NCBI GenBank assembly: GCA_963555045.1
Contig: CAUVUB010000001.1
Span: 186,927-250,926 of the forward strand
Direction: 5' to 3'
Length of the DNA stretch: 64,000 bases
Source of the DNA: an uncultured Candidatus Saccharibacteria bacterium
Lineage (GTDB): Bacteria > Patescibacteriota > Saccharimonadia > Saccharimonadales > Saccharimonadaceae
Every line of letters begins with the position of its first letter. Position 1 is the stretch's first letter. A program made the position numbers and the translations under genes. The notes below the pieces were generated by a model that did no database searches, was not told the origin of the DNA, and was given only the letters and a program-made list of their open reading frames with translations. Positions 1 through 9,857 of this stretch are shown piece by piece.

Positions 1-1
1 A

Positions 2-1174
2 CTTGATGGTGGCCCAGCTATCGCAGCAAAACAGTTTGGCCTCGTTGAGCGCCCAGCTGTTGGTGTGATGGGCCGTAAAAGTGTGCACGAGCCACTAATG
101 ACCGGTATTATGAGCATCGATGCGATGTTCCCAATCGGTCGTGGCCAGCGTGAGCTGATTATTGGTGACCGCCAAACTGGTAAAACAGCTATTGCAATCG
201 ACACGATGATTAACCAGGCTCGCCAAAAAACTGGCGTGGTAAACGTGTATGTTGCGATTGGACAAAAGAGTTCAAAGGTAGCTCGCCTTGTTGAGCGTTT
301 GAAGGAAGAGGGTGTGATGGAGCAAACCATCGTTGTGGCGACAAGCCCAAGCGACCCAGCTTCACTGCTCTACCTTGCACCATACGCAGCAACTGCTATG
401 GGTGAGTATTTCCGTGACAATAGTGGTCACGCGTTGATGATTTATGATGACCTCACCAAGCACGCAGTGGCGTATCGCCAGATGAGCTTGCTACTTCGCC
501 GCCCACCAGGACGTGAAGCCTTCCCTGGTGACGTGTTCTACCTGCACAGCCGCTTGCTAGAGCGTAGTGCGAAGTTGAGCGATGAGCTTGGCGCTGGAAG
601 TTTGACTGCCCTGCCAATTATTGAAACGCAGGCTGGTGATATTTCAGCTTACATTCCAACCAACGTGATTTCGATTACCGATGGTCAGATCTTCCTCGAG
701 AGTGATTTGTTCAACCAAGGTATTCGTCCGGCAATTTCAGCTGGTCTATCCGTGTCACGTGTGGGTGGTGCTGCTCAAACCAAGGCCGTGAAGGCTGTCG
801 GTGGAAACCTTAAGCTTGGCCTAAGCCAGTACCGCGAACTTGCTAGTTTTGCACAGTTTGGTAGCGACCTCGATGCTGCGACAAAGTCACAGATCGATCG
901 CGGCCAGCGCCTTACCGAGCTATTGAAGCAGCCACAGTATCAACCAATGGGTGTGTGGGAGCAGTACGTAAGTATCCACGCGGTAACCAGTGGTGGTTTC
1001 GATGCTGTTCCAGTTGCGAAAGTTAAGGAAGCTCAAGACGCATTGCTTGCTGATTTGTGGACACGCCACAAAGAAGATATGCGCACATTAAATAAGGGTG
1101 GCAAGCCAGATAATGAACTCGTTAGCGTTATCGATCAGGCTGTCGCTAAGGTGGTTAAGGGATTTGAGGAGTAG
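2..1174 (+). CDS. atpA: F0F1 ATP synthase subunit alpha, 5' end cut by the window edge
   Basis: The frame is open from nt 2. It carries the Walker A motif GDRQTGKT and typical alpha-subunit blocks ([26 protein letters not shown]). atpG, atpD and atpC follow. Confidence 0.95.
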   Translation, partial: LDGGPAIAAKQFGLVERPAVGVMGRKSVHEPLMTGIMSIDAMFPIGRGQRELIIGDRQTGKTAIAIDTMINQARQKTGVVNVYVAIGQKSSKVARLVERLKEEGVMEQTIVVATSPSDPASLLYLAPYAATAMGEYFRDNSGHALMIYDDLTKHAVAYRQMSLLLRRPPGREAFPGDVFYLHSRLLERSAKLSDELGAGSLTALPIIETQAGDISAYIPTNVISITDGQIFLESDLFNQGIRPAISAGLSVSRVGGAAQTKAVKAVGGNLKLGLSQYRELASFAQFGSDLDAATKSQIDRGQRLTELLKQPQYQPMGVWEQYVSIHAVTSGGFDAVPVAKVKEAQDALLADLWTRHKEDMRTLNKGGKPDNELVSVIDQAVAKVVKGFEE

Positions 1175-1180
1175 TAGCCT

Positions 1181-2047
1181 ATGGCATCAACTCAGATTCT
1201 AAAAACACGTATTCGCTCAGTAAAAAATACCAAGCAGATTACAAAAGCCATGCAGCTAGTGGCAGCTAGTAAAATGCGTCGAGCGCAAGAGGCTGATAAA
1301 GCTTCGGCGCCGTATGCACGAGCTGCCGCTGAACTGCTATCGTATCTCGCGAGCCAGGGTGCAACTGAGGATCACCCACTATTCGAGGAGCGCCCAGTAG
1401 GTAGCCGCCTGCTCGTTGTGGTGTCATCAGACAAGGGTCTTGCCGGTGCGTACAATGCAAACATTTTTAAGACATTTTTGCATGAGCTGGAAGTAGATGA
1501 GACAGCTGGTGTGCACACAAAAGTGTTGACGATTGGCCGTAAAATATCTCAATTTGCGAGTAAGATCAAGAATGTTGAGGTGATCGGTTCGTACAATGAT
1601 TTGGCGGACAGGCCAGCTGGTCACGAGTTTTACGCTATCATGAACACGCTGCGCGAGCTGTTTGAAAGTCACTCGGTTGATGCGGTTGATATCATCTACA
1701 CCGAGTTTGTCTCAAGTTTGACGCAGCGTCCGCACACGATGCGGCTACTACCAGCTGGTTTTACAGAGGTAGAAGTTAGTACATCGGTGCGTGATGCAAA
1801 GTTTGAGCCAAGCGAAGCCGTGGTGATGGATGGTGTAGCGATTCGATTGATCAGCGCCCAATTGTCACAGGCTTTGCTCGATGCCCGGGCTAGTGAGCAC
1901 AGTATGCGTATGATTGCCATGAAGAACGCGACTGATAACGCCAGCGATTTGGTCGAAGACTTAACGCTCGAGATGAACAAGGCGCGTCAGGCTGCTATTA
2001 CGCAAGAGTTGGCAGAGATCAGCGGTGGTGTAGAGGCTATTGGATAG
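1181..2047 (+). CDS. atpG: F0F1 ATP synthase subunit gamma
   Basis: 288 aa. The N-terminus (IRSVKNTKQITKAMQLVAASKMRRAQ) and C-terminus (ARQAAITQELAEI) are gamma signatures. The SD GAGGAG lies upstream. Confidence 0.93.
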   Translation: MASTQILKTRIRSVKNTKQITKAMQLVAASKMRRAQEADKASAPYARAAAELLSYLASQGATEDHPLFEERPVGSRLLVVVSSDKGLAGAYNANIFKTFLHELEVDETAGVHTKVLTIGRKISQFASKIKNVEVIGSYNDLADRPAGHEFYAIMNTLRELFESHSVDAVDIIYTEFVSSLTQRPHTMRLLPAGFTEVEVSTSVRDAKFEPSEAVVMDGVAIRLISAQLSQALLDARASEHSMRMIAMKNATDNASDLVEDLTLEMNKARQAAITQELAEISGGVEAIG

Positions 2048-3460
<1,413 letters not shown>

Positions 3461-3468
3461 GAGGCGGT

Positions 3469-3894
3469 ATGAATCTTGAACTTGTCACACTAACCGGTGT
3501 CAAGCATGATGCACCAGCCTATAGCGTAACATTGCCAACTGTGGACGGGGAGATTTCGGTCTTCCCTGGCCACGAGCCGCTGGTTACTCTGGCGCGCGCT
3601 GGAGTAATCTCGGTTCGTGCCAGCAAGCACACTAGCGATGCTGATACAGAATTTTTCGCTATTAGCGGCGGCGTTATAGAAGTTGCGCCGACGCATGTAC
3701 GAGTGTTAGTCGACGAAGCCGACCACGGCGAAGAGATTGTTGAAGCTCACACCCGAGCCGCGCTCGAACGTGCTATTGCTATGCGCGATGAAGCCGAAAC
3801 TCAAGTGGAGCGCGAAAAAGCACATCGCTTGGTAATGCAGCAGCAGGTTCGCCTTAAGGTCGCAGACCTACATCGTCGTAAGCGCCGACGATAA
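3469..3894 (+). CDS. atpC: F0F1 ATP synthase subunit epsilon
   Basis: 141 aa in the position after atpD, with an epsilon-like N-terminal beta domain. The SD AGGAGG lies upstream. Confidence 0.85.
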   Translation: MNLELVTLTGVKHDAPAYSVTLPTVDGEISVFPGHEPLVTLARAGVISVRASKHTSDADTEFFAISGGVIEVAPTHVRVLVDEADHGEEIVEAHTRAALERAIAMRDEAETQVEREKAHRLVMQQQVRLKVADLHRRKRRR

Positions 3895-3946
3895 CACTAC
3901 CTGTGAAAAACATGTGGAAAGATTCTCCCCTGTGGATAATCTGTGT

Positions 3947-3975
3947 AAAACCCTCCCCTGCTGGAGGGTTTTATA
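3947..3975 (+). terminator. Intrinsic terminator after atpC
   Basis: 10-bp stem AAAACCCTCC/GGAGGGTTTT (3947-3956 / 3963-3972) with a 6-nt loop, followed by a T-rich tail. Confidence 0.8.
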
Positions 3976-3994
3976 TTATAGTTGCCTCGGCCAA

Positions 3995-4030
3995 TAAATA
4001 AAAACCGGCGTAGGTATTTCCGCGCCGGCT
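3995..4030 (-). terminator. Intrinsic terminator after the dus gene
   Basis: Stem CCGGCG/CGCCGG (4005-4010 / 4023-4028). On the minus strand it is followed by TTTTTATTTATT. Confidence 0.65.
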
Positions 4031-4058
4031 AGAGGTTGAGTGTAAAGTAGATGAAAGA

Positions 4059-5018
4059 CTAACGTTGCAGCGTAGCTACCAGCGCGCGTGCTTCGCTAGT
4101 GCTTTTAGTTTGCATGAGATTTGCGCGCATATCGCTGCTGCCTTCAAAGTCGCGAATATAGATTTTATAAAACCGCTTCAAAGTTTCATATGGGCGGCCA
4201 GTCACCTCGTGCCACTGGTCGTAGAGCGATAGGTGTAGCTGTAGTAGTTCAAGCAGTTGCCATTTTTTACCTTCCGGGCTGGTAAAGGTGCGGCCAGTAA
4301 ATGCAAATGGATTACTAAAAATCCCCCGCCCGATCATGATGCCATCTACCTTGTGCTGCTCGGCCAGCTGCTCACCGTGCGCACGGTCTATGATATCACC
4401 ATTAATCATCAGCGGCGTGTGTGGTGCAATAGCATCACGCAGCTCGCGAATGGGCTGCACTAGCTCAAAGTGAGCTGGCACTTTGCTCATTTCTTTTTTA
4501 GTGCGCAGGTGAATGGTGAGTGCCGCAATGTCTTGTTGCAGCAAAAAGGTTAGCCAATCCTGCCACTCATCCACTCGGCTGTAGCCAAGGCGCGTTTTTA
4601 CACTCACTGGTAGGCCGCTCGTTTTTGCGGCGGCAATCATTTCTCCAGCTAGTGCAGGTGTACGAATCATGCCGCTGCCGCCACCGGTTTTAACTGCTGA
4701 ACTATCAGGGCAGCCCATATTTATATCGATGCCATCATAGCCAAGCGATGCCACGTGATCACTCATGTGAGTCATGGCTTCTGGAACGGCGCCCCACAGC
4801 TGCGCGACGATTGGTGCTTCGTCTTCTGCTTTTACGAGTCGCCCACCGATTGCCTTATCTCCGGCCGCATCCCAGCCGGTAGCATTAGTAAATTCAGTAA
4901 AAAAGATATCCGGCCGCCCAGCTCGCGCGACGACTTGCCGAAACACAATATCAGTTACCGCTTCCATTGGCGCCAGTGCAAAAAATGGCCGCGGCAGTTC
5001 ATCCCAAAAGTTTTTCAT
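4059..5018 (-). CDS. dus: tRNA-dihydrouridine synthase (Dus family)
   Basis: 319 aa with LAPMEAVTD, a GIDINMGCP-type active-site block and TIM-barrel FMN enzyme features. Confidence 0.85.
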   Translation of the reverse strand: MKNFWDELPRPFFALAPMEAVTDIVFRQVVARAGRPDIFFTEFTNATGWDAAGDKAIGGRLVKAEDEAPIVAQLWGAVPEAMTHMSDHVASLGYDGIDINMGCPDSSAVKTGGGSGMIRTPALAGEMIAAAKTSGLPVSVKTRLGYSRVDEWQDWLTFLLQQDIAALTIHLRTKKEMSKVPAHFELVQPIRELRDAIAPHTPLMINGDIIDRAHGEQLAEQHKVDGIMIGRGIFSNPFAFTGRTFTSPEGKKWQLLELLQLHLSLYDQWHEVTGRPYETLKRFYKIYIRDFEGSSDMRANLMQTKSTSEARALVATLQR

Positions 5019-5123
5019 ACTAGCATTATTGTAGCGTATTTAGGCGGGCAAAAAAAGAACCACCAGTGCACGCACTCCAAAAGGAGGTGCACTTGGTGGT
5101 TTGGTGGTAGGTGTACTAATTAG

Positions 5124-5486
5124 CTAGTTTGTAGTCTCGGCCGGATCTTTAAGATTTGGCCAGGCTTTGATCTGCAGCTCTTCGAGCCGTGATGGAAGCT
5201 CGTTACCTTCTGCATGCAGCACATCTTCCAGGTTTTTGCTTGCTATAATTACCAAGCTGTGGTTTGTGCAGGAAAGTAGTACATTTGGGCTTTCATCTGG
5301 CGAAACCAGCGAAACTGTACCATCGGTGAATATGTGAATAGTATTACTGCTGCTACTATGCACTGCCACTGTTGTGCCAGCCGAAGCTTGCACTAAGACG
5401 ATATCACAACCAGTGTGGAGCGTCGCGTGTTGGTTCCCCTCCACCTGGAGTAACACCTTTTTATCATGCCGTGAAATAGGATACAT
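5124..5486 (-). CDS. Hypothetical protein, 120 aa, beta-rich
   Basis: Clean ORF with its own promoter at 5590-5618. I recognise no motif. Confidence 0.5.
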   Translation of the reverse strand: MYPISRHDKKVLLQVEGNQHATLHTGCDIVLVQASAGTTVAVHSSSSNTIHIFTDGTVSLVSPDESPNVLLSCTNHSLVIIASKNLEDVLHAEGNELPSRLEELQIKAWPNLKDPAETTN

Positions 5487-5589
5487 TAAGCTACCCGATC
5501 TTTCTTGCTAAAGTGCCTACCATGTGTATTCTATGCCATCGACTGCGCGCATAGAAATACTCTGGCAGGCGGCGAATAGAACATTACAT

Positions 5590-5618
5590 AGTATAGAGGT
5601 ATTGCTTGTGGTATGCAA
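5590..5618 (-). promoter_or_regulatory. Sigma70-type promoter for the 5124-5486 gene
   Basis: Minus strand reads TTGCAT, 17 nt, TATACT (-35 at 5613-5618, -10 at 5590-5595). Confidence 0.6.
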
Positions 5619-5669
5619 TAGCCCCCACGGTGGTGATCACTGCGGGGGCGGTTTAGTGTGGGTTATGTT

Positions 5670-5882
5670 TTATTTTTTAGCTTGCCTTGGTCGGCTGGTT
5701 CGTTCGTTTTTTAGCAGTATTTGAATGCAGATACCAATTGCTACGATTGCCACTAATGTTCGTAGTGGTGATAGCGAATCATGCAACGTCATAGTTGCTA
5801 TAAAGTTACCAATCACCATGATGGCGATAAAAAGTAGCATAATGACTGTACCTGTTTTGTTGAGTTCACGTTTTTGCTGCAT
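5670..5882 (-). CDS. Small membrane protein, 70 aa, two hydrophobic helices
   Basis: The SD AGGAGAG lies upstream. There are two clear hydrophobic segments and a basic C-terminal tail. Confidence 0.6.
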   Translation of the reverse strand: MQQKRELNKTGTVIMLLFIAIMVIGNFIATMTLHDSLSPLRTLVAIVAIGICIQILLKNERTSRPRQAKK

Positions 5883-5962
5883 GGCCTGTCTCTCCTGTAG
5901 TTATAGTACTTTTTATTGCAAAGTACCTTACTTATAATATAGGGTAGATCCATATTTTTTGT

Positions 5963-5998
5963 CAAGAGAAAACCCCGCAGAGGTTTTCACTGCGGGGC
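5963..5998 (-). terminator. Intrinsic terminator at the 3' end of the candidate ncRNA
   Basis: Stem CCCCGCAG/CTGCGGGG (5973-5980 / 5990-5997). On the minus strand it is followed by TTTTCTCTT. Confidence 0.8.
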
Positions 5999-6489
5999 CT
6001 AGTGGCACTAGTAGCAAGAATTGCTACGTTGCTACACTAGTAGTCATAGGGGCGCCGAAGTTACGGCAAAACGTAAGCGGCGCAGCCGCTATGACTGATG
6101 TGGGTGTGGCTTGGCCTGGTTGTAGGAAGTTGGAGCGATGCAGTTGCATGCTCCAGCAATCGAAGGTGTTGCCAATGAGTGTGGCAACAAGTTTGAAGAA
6201 GCTTGCGATTGTCGGACCATATGAATTGTACGAATGAATCGTTCTCCTGATGGTTGCATTTTTCAGCTTATTCCCCCGATAGCCAAGAACTATCATAAGC
6301 TGAGCAATGACCTATAGTTCCCCTGCCGGAAACCAGGGCAAAGCAAATCCCCCTAGCGCATAATCCATCAAGAACGCCATAACGATATATTATTTATATA
6401 CGCATGGCAATATGAGTAAAACGAACTTTTAGGTAGTGCACTAGTGCGCTGCATAAAAGTTGTGTCCTAATGATAGAAATATACCGGTG
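5963..6489 (-). ncRNA. Candidate structured non-coding RNA of unknown class
   Basis: A promoter-like TTCAGA-17-TATAAT lies at 6496-6524 and a strong terminator at 5963-5998. Several nested helices are present, including a three-way junction at 6043-6095. The only long ORF (6024-6296) has no SD. Confidence 0.35.
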
Positions 6490-6656
6490 CTACACATTAT
6501 ATGGTAGCAGCAGTAATTTCTGAAATATACTACGTATTGTTAAAGCTACACCCTGTGCGACTGCGAGGCGTGAGTATGGATTACGGGCCTCAGCTAGTGG
6601 CACGTCTTTATTTTACCACACTACTCCGGTGGCGCAAGTAGAAAATTGGGCTGAAG

Positions 6657-6706
6657 TGAAAAACCCGCTCGCGCCTAAAGTGAACCTTTGGCGGCGGAGC
6701 GGGTTG
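6657..6706 (-). terminator. Intrinsic terminator after the 6732-7040 gene
   Basis: Outer stem AACCCGCTC/GAGCGGGTT (6662-6670 / 6698-6706). On the minus strand it is followed by TTTTTC. Confidence 0.75.
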
Positions 6707-6731
6707 AGGCGGTAGAGGCAGTGCTCATGTA

Positions 6732-7040
6732 TTAGCGTATCGACTGTGACCGATTGCTGTTTTTCCGTAACATTTTTATGCACTGTGCCTTTATATCCCG
6801 CCAGAGTTTATGTGGTGGGTATATTATAAATAGCTTTATTGCAGAAACTGTGCCCAGTATGATAGAGCTAACAACGGCTCCTCCGGTAAGAATGAGTAAT
6901 TCTAGCTTGGTATTATATGGCATATCCAGACGCCATATAATAACACTAATAGATAGACTGAACATGAGCATAACTACAGCTATCATCAGAAACAGCAGAT
7001 AGTCATGCTTGCGAGTAGATTGACGATCGATATCAGCCAT
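6732..7040 (-). CDS. Small membrane protein, 102 aa, two TM helices
   Basis: The SD GAAGGTG lies upstream. There are two hydrophobic helices and a basic C-terminus. Confidence 0.65.
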   Translation of the reverse strand: MADIDRQSTRKHDYLLFLMIAVVMLMFSLSISVIIWRLDMPYNTKLELLILTGGAVVSSIILGTVSAIKLFIIYPPHKLWRDIKAQCIKMLRKNSNRSQSIR

Positions 7041-7132
7041 AATATGGTTGCACCTTCTCTTCTTTGTAACGTACGCCTCATATTGCCCAAGCTAGGGCCA
7101 ACCGAGGCCTCCTAGCGGACTAATAATATTCT

Positions 7133-7161
7133 ATTCTAGCATTTGACTGCCGCTATTGCAA
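7133..7161 (-). promoter_or_regulatory. Sigma70-type promoter for the 6732-7040 gene
   Basis: Minus strand reads TTGCAA, 17 nt, TAGAAT (-35 at 7156-7161, -10 at 7133-7138). Confidence 0.6.
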
Positions 7162-7169
7162 CAGTAGTG

Positions 7170-7233
7170 CGCAAAGAAAGAATCCTCCAACGCTGCGTGC
7201 TCCGCAAAGTGCGGTCACGTGGCATTGGAGGAT
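7170..7233 (-). terminator. Nested-loop intrinsic terminator after the 7297-7911 gene
   Basis: Outer 9-bp stem ATCCTCCAA/TTGGAGGAT (7182-7190 / 7225-7233) encloses the inner hairpin CCGCA/TGCGG. The minus strand then has a T-rich run. Confidence 0.6.
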
Positions 7234-7296
7234 GGTTGTGCAATGATGTGGACAAAGGATTGCAGCAGCTGCGTTCTTTTTTGCGCACGGCGCAAA

Positions 7297-7911
7297 CTAC
7301 ACTCTGCTGCTGCGCACGGATGAGTGGGGCCTTGTGTGCCTCTTAGCACGCCTACTTCTTCTTGTGGTGAAATGTAAGCGAGGGGCCCTGCGGCCTGCTC
7401 TTGTGGTGGAGCGTAAAGGTTGGACTTGTTGCTGGTCACCTGGGTGGTCCAGCTGCCCTTCCAGTGAAGCTACTACTTCTTGCAGCGAAGTCACTGTTTT
7501 CTGCAGTGACTCGAAGCGCTCTACGAGCGGCAGCACTTGGCTGACCGTTTGTTTGAGCTGCTGGATCTCATTATCAACCCGAGCAGTAATTGCCTCATGT
7601 AGAGCGTTCAGCGTCAAGAGACTTTGCTGCAAAGACCGTGCAAGATCGAATGCTTGGACACCTACGCGACCAAGCACCAGATTCCGCTCATGTACATACG
7701 GAACATATGTGTTGTCGTCAGGGTTACAGACATAGACTACAGCATCTTTGGTGTATGCTCCTCCGCACTCACATTCACAAGCTAGTGTGTACAAAGTTGC
7801 ACCATCTAGCGTTGTGTACTGAAGCAGTGGATGCAGCGCGGTTTTTGTGCGTGAGCATAGCTCATTTTCAGGGATCGCATAGTCTGGGTCACAGTGATAG
7901 TGCTCCGACAT
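7297..7911 (-). CDS. Hypothetical protein with a Cys-rich N-terminal half and a coiled-coil-like C-terminal half; the 3' end is uncertain
   Basis: The SD GAAGGAAGTG lies upstream. A heptad-like segment (LQQSLLTLNALHEAITARVDNEIQQLKQTV...) is present. The Arg-rich tail may reflect a frame problem. Confidence 0.55.
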   Translation of the reverse strand: MSEHYHCDPDYAIPENELCSRTKTALHPLLQYTTLDGATLYTLACECECGGAYTKDAVVYVCNPDDNTYVPYVHERNLVLGRVGVQAFDLARSLQQSLLTLNALHEAITARVDNEIQQLKQTVSQVLPLVERFESLQKTVTSLQEVVASLEGQLDHPGDQQQVQPLRSTTRAGRRAPRLHFTTRRSRRAKRHTRPHSSVRSSRV

Positions 7912-8227
7912 GATGTATCACTTCCTTCTGTTTGGTAGTTGTAAGGATCATTGCATATCGCGCCGGGGGTTTCCAGCTGGCGATAGCACTAATATACCAT
8001 ATTGCTGCTACACAAGGAAGTAACGAGCCGCTACAGCTAGTGGTGTATGCCCAGGCAAAGAAAAAGGGGCTATGCCCTCTTGCGCAGCATTTGGTAGCGG
8101 AACCAACGCAGCAAGCAAGAGGACACAGCCCTAGTGGACATACAGCAAAAGAGTTTTACAACAGGAGATGGGCAGGACCAGGAGCTATGTTCCATGATCG
8201 AAGTAAAACCACTTCTTGAGGTAATCC

Positions 8228-8365
8228 TCATAATGATAATAACATTTTCGGACACAAACCATAGCCAGCACTATACTCTACGCCATGAGCAATAGCTACT
8301 GTGTGGAGTAACTCGCGTAGAGTATAATACGCGAATGCTACCGAAGAAGCTATGGTGTTATTCAT
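8228..8365 (-). CDS. Possible small ORF, 45 aa
   Basis: ATG preceded by GGTGA and a 5-nt spacer. It lies in the same transcription unit as the two ORFs upstream. Below the ORF-track cutoff. Confidence 0.2.
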   Translation of the reverse strand: MNNTIASSVAFAYYTLRELLHTVAIAHGVEYSAGYGLCPKMLLSL

Positions 8366-8464
8366 TATTATCACCAGCTGCATGCCACGAATGTGTGGGC
8401 AAAAAAGAGGTGCGCAATGCCAATAGCTCTGTCCAATCTATATAGCACTGCTGATATTCATTAT

Positions 8465-8674
8465 TCACCGAAATAAGGAACCACCGATATAAAAATCTCT
8501 TTTTTGATCAGCACCACAGCGTAATACCGTGATACTGAAATAAAACTCCTGTATACCGAACCAGCCACGTAACAGCATACAGGATGTTTTACCCCACAAC
8601 GCAGGATTGTTAGGAGTTGCACCTAAAATGAAGACTTGGTTGCTCTTCTCAATCCTTGTTGGAGCAATAAGCAT
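8465..8674 (-). CDS. Hypothetical small protein, 69 aa
   Basis: It starts 4 nt after the stop of the 59-aa zinc-finger ORF. No motif recognised. Confidence 0.3.
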   Translation of the reverse strand: MLIAPTRIEKSNQVFILGATPNNPALWGKTSCMLLRGWFGIQEFYFSITVLRCGADQKRDFYIGGSLFR

Positions 8675-8678
8675 AACA

Positions 8679-8858
8679 CTAATTCCATCCGAGTGTGAAC
8701 CAACTAGTGCGTTGATTGTCGGTTGCTTCCTGTGACTTTTTGTAACTATCGCAAGAACTTTGATGGCCAGTTCCCTTGCAATTTTGGCAGGGGTTAGCGT
8801 ATCCTAATTCTGCACAAGTACAACAGCCCGGGCAATTATTCCACCCAAGCCAACTCAT
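8679..8858 (-). CDS. Small Cys-rich protein, 59 aa, with a DnaJ-type CxxCxGxG zinc-finger motif
   Basis: Manual translation gives MSWLGWNNCPGCCTCAELGYANPCQNCKGTGHQSSCDSYKKSQEATDNQRTSWFTLGWN. The SD AGGAAAG lies 4 nt upstream. Below the ORF-track cutoff. Confidence 0.45.
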   Translation of the reverse strand: MSWLGWNNCPGCCTCAELGYANPCQNCKGTGHQSSCDSYKKSQEATDNQRTSWFTLGWN

Positions 8859-8948
8859 GGGTCTTTCCTATCTGTTGTAGATCTTTCACTTTCAATGTAC
8901 ACAAAACGCAAAGAGCATGCAAATATGCCGCTCGATCTGCTGGCTATT

Positions 8949-8978
8949 ATAATAACAAAATAATGCTCGCTCTGTCAA
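8949..8978 (-). promoter_or_regulatory. Promoter for the small-ORF operon
   Basis: Minus strand reads TTGACA (8973-8978), an 18-nt spacer that includes the TG element, then TATTAT (8949-8954). Confidence 0.55.
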
Positions 8979-9014
8979 ATGGCGGCAGCAGAATGAGCCA
9001 TGCACACACTGTGA

Positions 9015-9125
9015 AGGAAAAGCCCCCTCTTCTCATTACGAAAAGAGGGGGCGTCATGCAAGAAATGCCTGAGGCGGCAACGCGAACCTTTCCCTGCTCA
9101 GGAAATATTCTAGCGGAGAAAGGTG
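9015..9125 (-). repeat. Copy 1 of a 110-nt direct repeat (3' UTR and terminator module)
   Basis: About 92 percent identical to 11115-11224. It contains the 10-bp hairpin GCCCCCTCTT/AAGAGGGGGC (9022-9031 / 9043-9052). It lies just downstream of a small membrane-protein gene. Confidence 0.9.
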
Positions 9126-9147
9126 TTTATACACATGAGCCATGCGT

Positions 9148-9411
9148 CTATAGACGCCCCATAGCCTTTAGCTGCTTCTTAGCCTTGCGACTGCGCTTCA
9201 TGGAAGCGATATACAGAACTGCAATAGCAGCAAGGGTAAACAGGGGCCCGACTATCGCAAAATTGTTAAACTCAAGTGCGGTTGGCAAAAATACCATTCC
9301 AAGAAGTACCGTCAAAACTGCTATGGGGTATGACATGAAGTAGGCGAACCCACTGTAATGACGGCTGACCTTCGGCAGATTTGCCTGCTGATCGGGTGTG
9401 TTGGTGGGCAT
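9148..9411 (-). CDS. Small membrane protein, about 87 aa, two TM helices; paralog of the 11231 gene
   Basis: SD GAAAGGAAGGTGG. It shares the VLTVL..VFLP..F..NF pattern with the 11231-11530 product. The likely start is the ATG at 9411. Confidence 0.65.
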   Translation of the reverse strand: MPTNTPDQQANLPKVSRHYSGFAYFMSYPIAVLTVLLGMVFLPTALEFNNFAIVGPLFTLAAIAVLYIASMKRSRKAKKQLKAMGRL

Positions 9412-9473
9412 AATAGCCACCTTCCTTTCGTTGTTTTTCTACCATATCATTGCACAAATTTTATGCAATGAAG

Positions 9474-9857
9474 CTATACTGTGCATAAGCAAAGTATCAG
9501 GCCGTATGCCACGCCCGTGCAAGATACGACCACCGCAAAGGGGTGTAGCTCGGCCCAGGCGCGCAGGATTCGCAACCTGCCCCGCTTGTTATTAGAGCGT
9601 GCGTAGTTGATGGCGCTGTCTATATCGTAAAGTAGCGCTATAAGCGGCACGATGACACTGAGCGATACGTTAATCACAGTAGTCATATCTGCAGTTCGCA
9701 GCAGGATAAGCCACCAGAGGGCTACTCCCGATAAGACTGTAACGTTAAGACATGCGGTCACGTCTTCACGTTGCTCTCGCCGTATCTCCGCTTCATCTTT
9801 CTTGAAATCTGCATCAAATTCTGAAGCGGCATCATGACTGTTGATCAATGTGATCAC
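9474..9857 (-). CDS. Membrane protein, about 125 aa; start is GTG at 9857 or TTG at 9848
   Basis: Its start overlaps the stop of the upstream gene (GTGA). It has hydrophobic helices and shares the GTGATCACATTGA start context with the 11231 gene. Confidence 0.6.
   Translation of the reverse strand: MITLINSHDAASEFDADFKKDEAEIRREQREDVTACLNVTVLSGVALWWLILLRTADMTTVINVSLSVIVPLIALLYDIDSAINYARSNNKRGRLRILRAWAELHPFAVVVSCTGVAYGLILCLCTV

Noticed and set aside
3913-3939. A perfect DnaA box TGTGGATAA (3931-3939) with a 7/9 relative (3913-3921) downstream of atpC
   Set aside because: One perfect 9-mer in 64 kb is within chance expectation. There is no AT-rich unwinding element, no box cluster and no dnaA/dnaN nearby, so this is not an origin.
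6024-6296. A 90-aa minus-strand ORF, and the 92-aa plus-strand ORF at 5959-6237
   Set aside because: Neither has an SD or a leaderless-type promoter. Both coincide with a dense set of RNA helices and with the terminator hairpin. I treat the region as a candidate ncRNA instead.
5963-6489. Possible identity of the structured region as RNase P RNA, tmRNA or SRP RNA
   Set aside because: By eye I could not find the conserved signatures: GAGGAAAGTCC and ACAGAA..GGCTTA for RNase P; a tRNA-like 3' end with TTCGA and CCA plus a tag ORF ending in Ala-Ala for tmRNA; the GGAA/AGCA helix-8 motif for SRP. A covariance-model search is needed before naming it.
7215-7439. A 74-aa alternative frame overlapping the 3' end of the 7297-7911 gene, as a possible second frameshift
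   Set aside because: Both frames are low-complexity here, and the alternative frame runs through the terminator hairpin at 7182-7233. I cannot decide between them from the sequence alone, so I only flagged the 3' end as uncertain.
8963-9343. A 126-aa plus-strand ORF, and a short plus-strand ORF (MQEMPEAATRTFP...) shared by both 110-nt repeat copies
   Set aside because: Several differences between the copies are synonymous in this frame, which made me look twice. However, conservation stops abruptly at the repeat boundary in mid-ORF, the two versions end completely differently, and the ORF runs antisense into the neighbouring gene. There are too few substitutions to call it coding.
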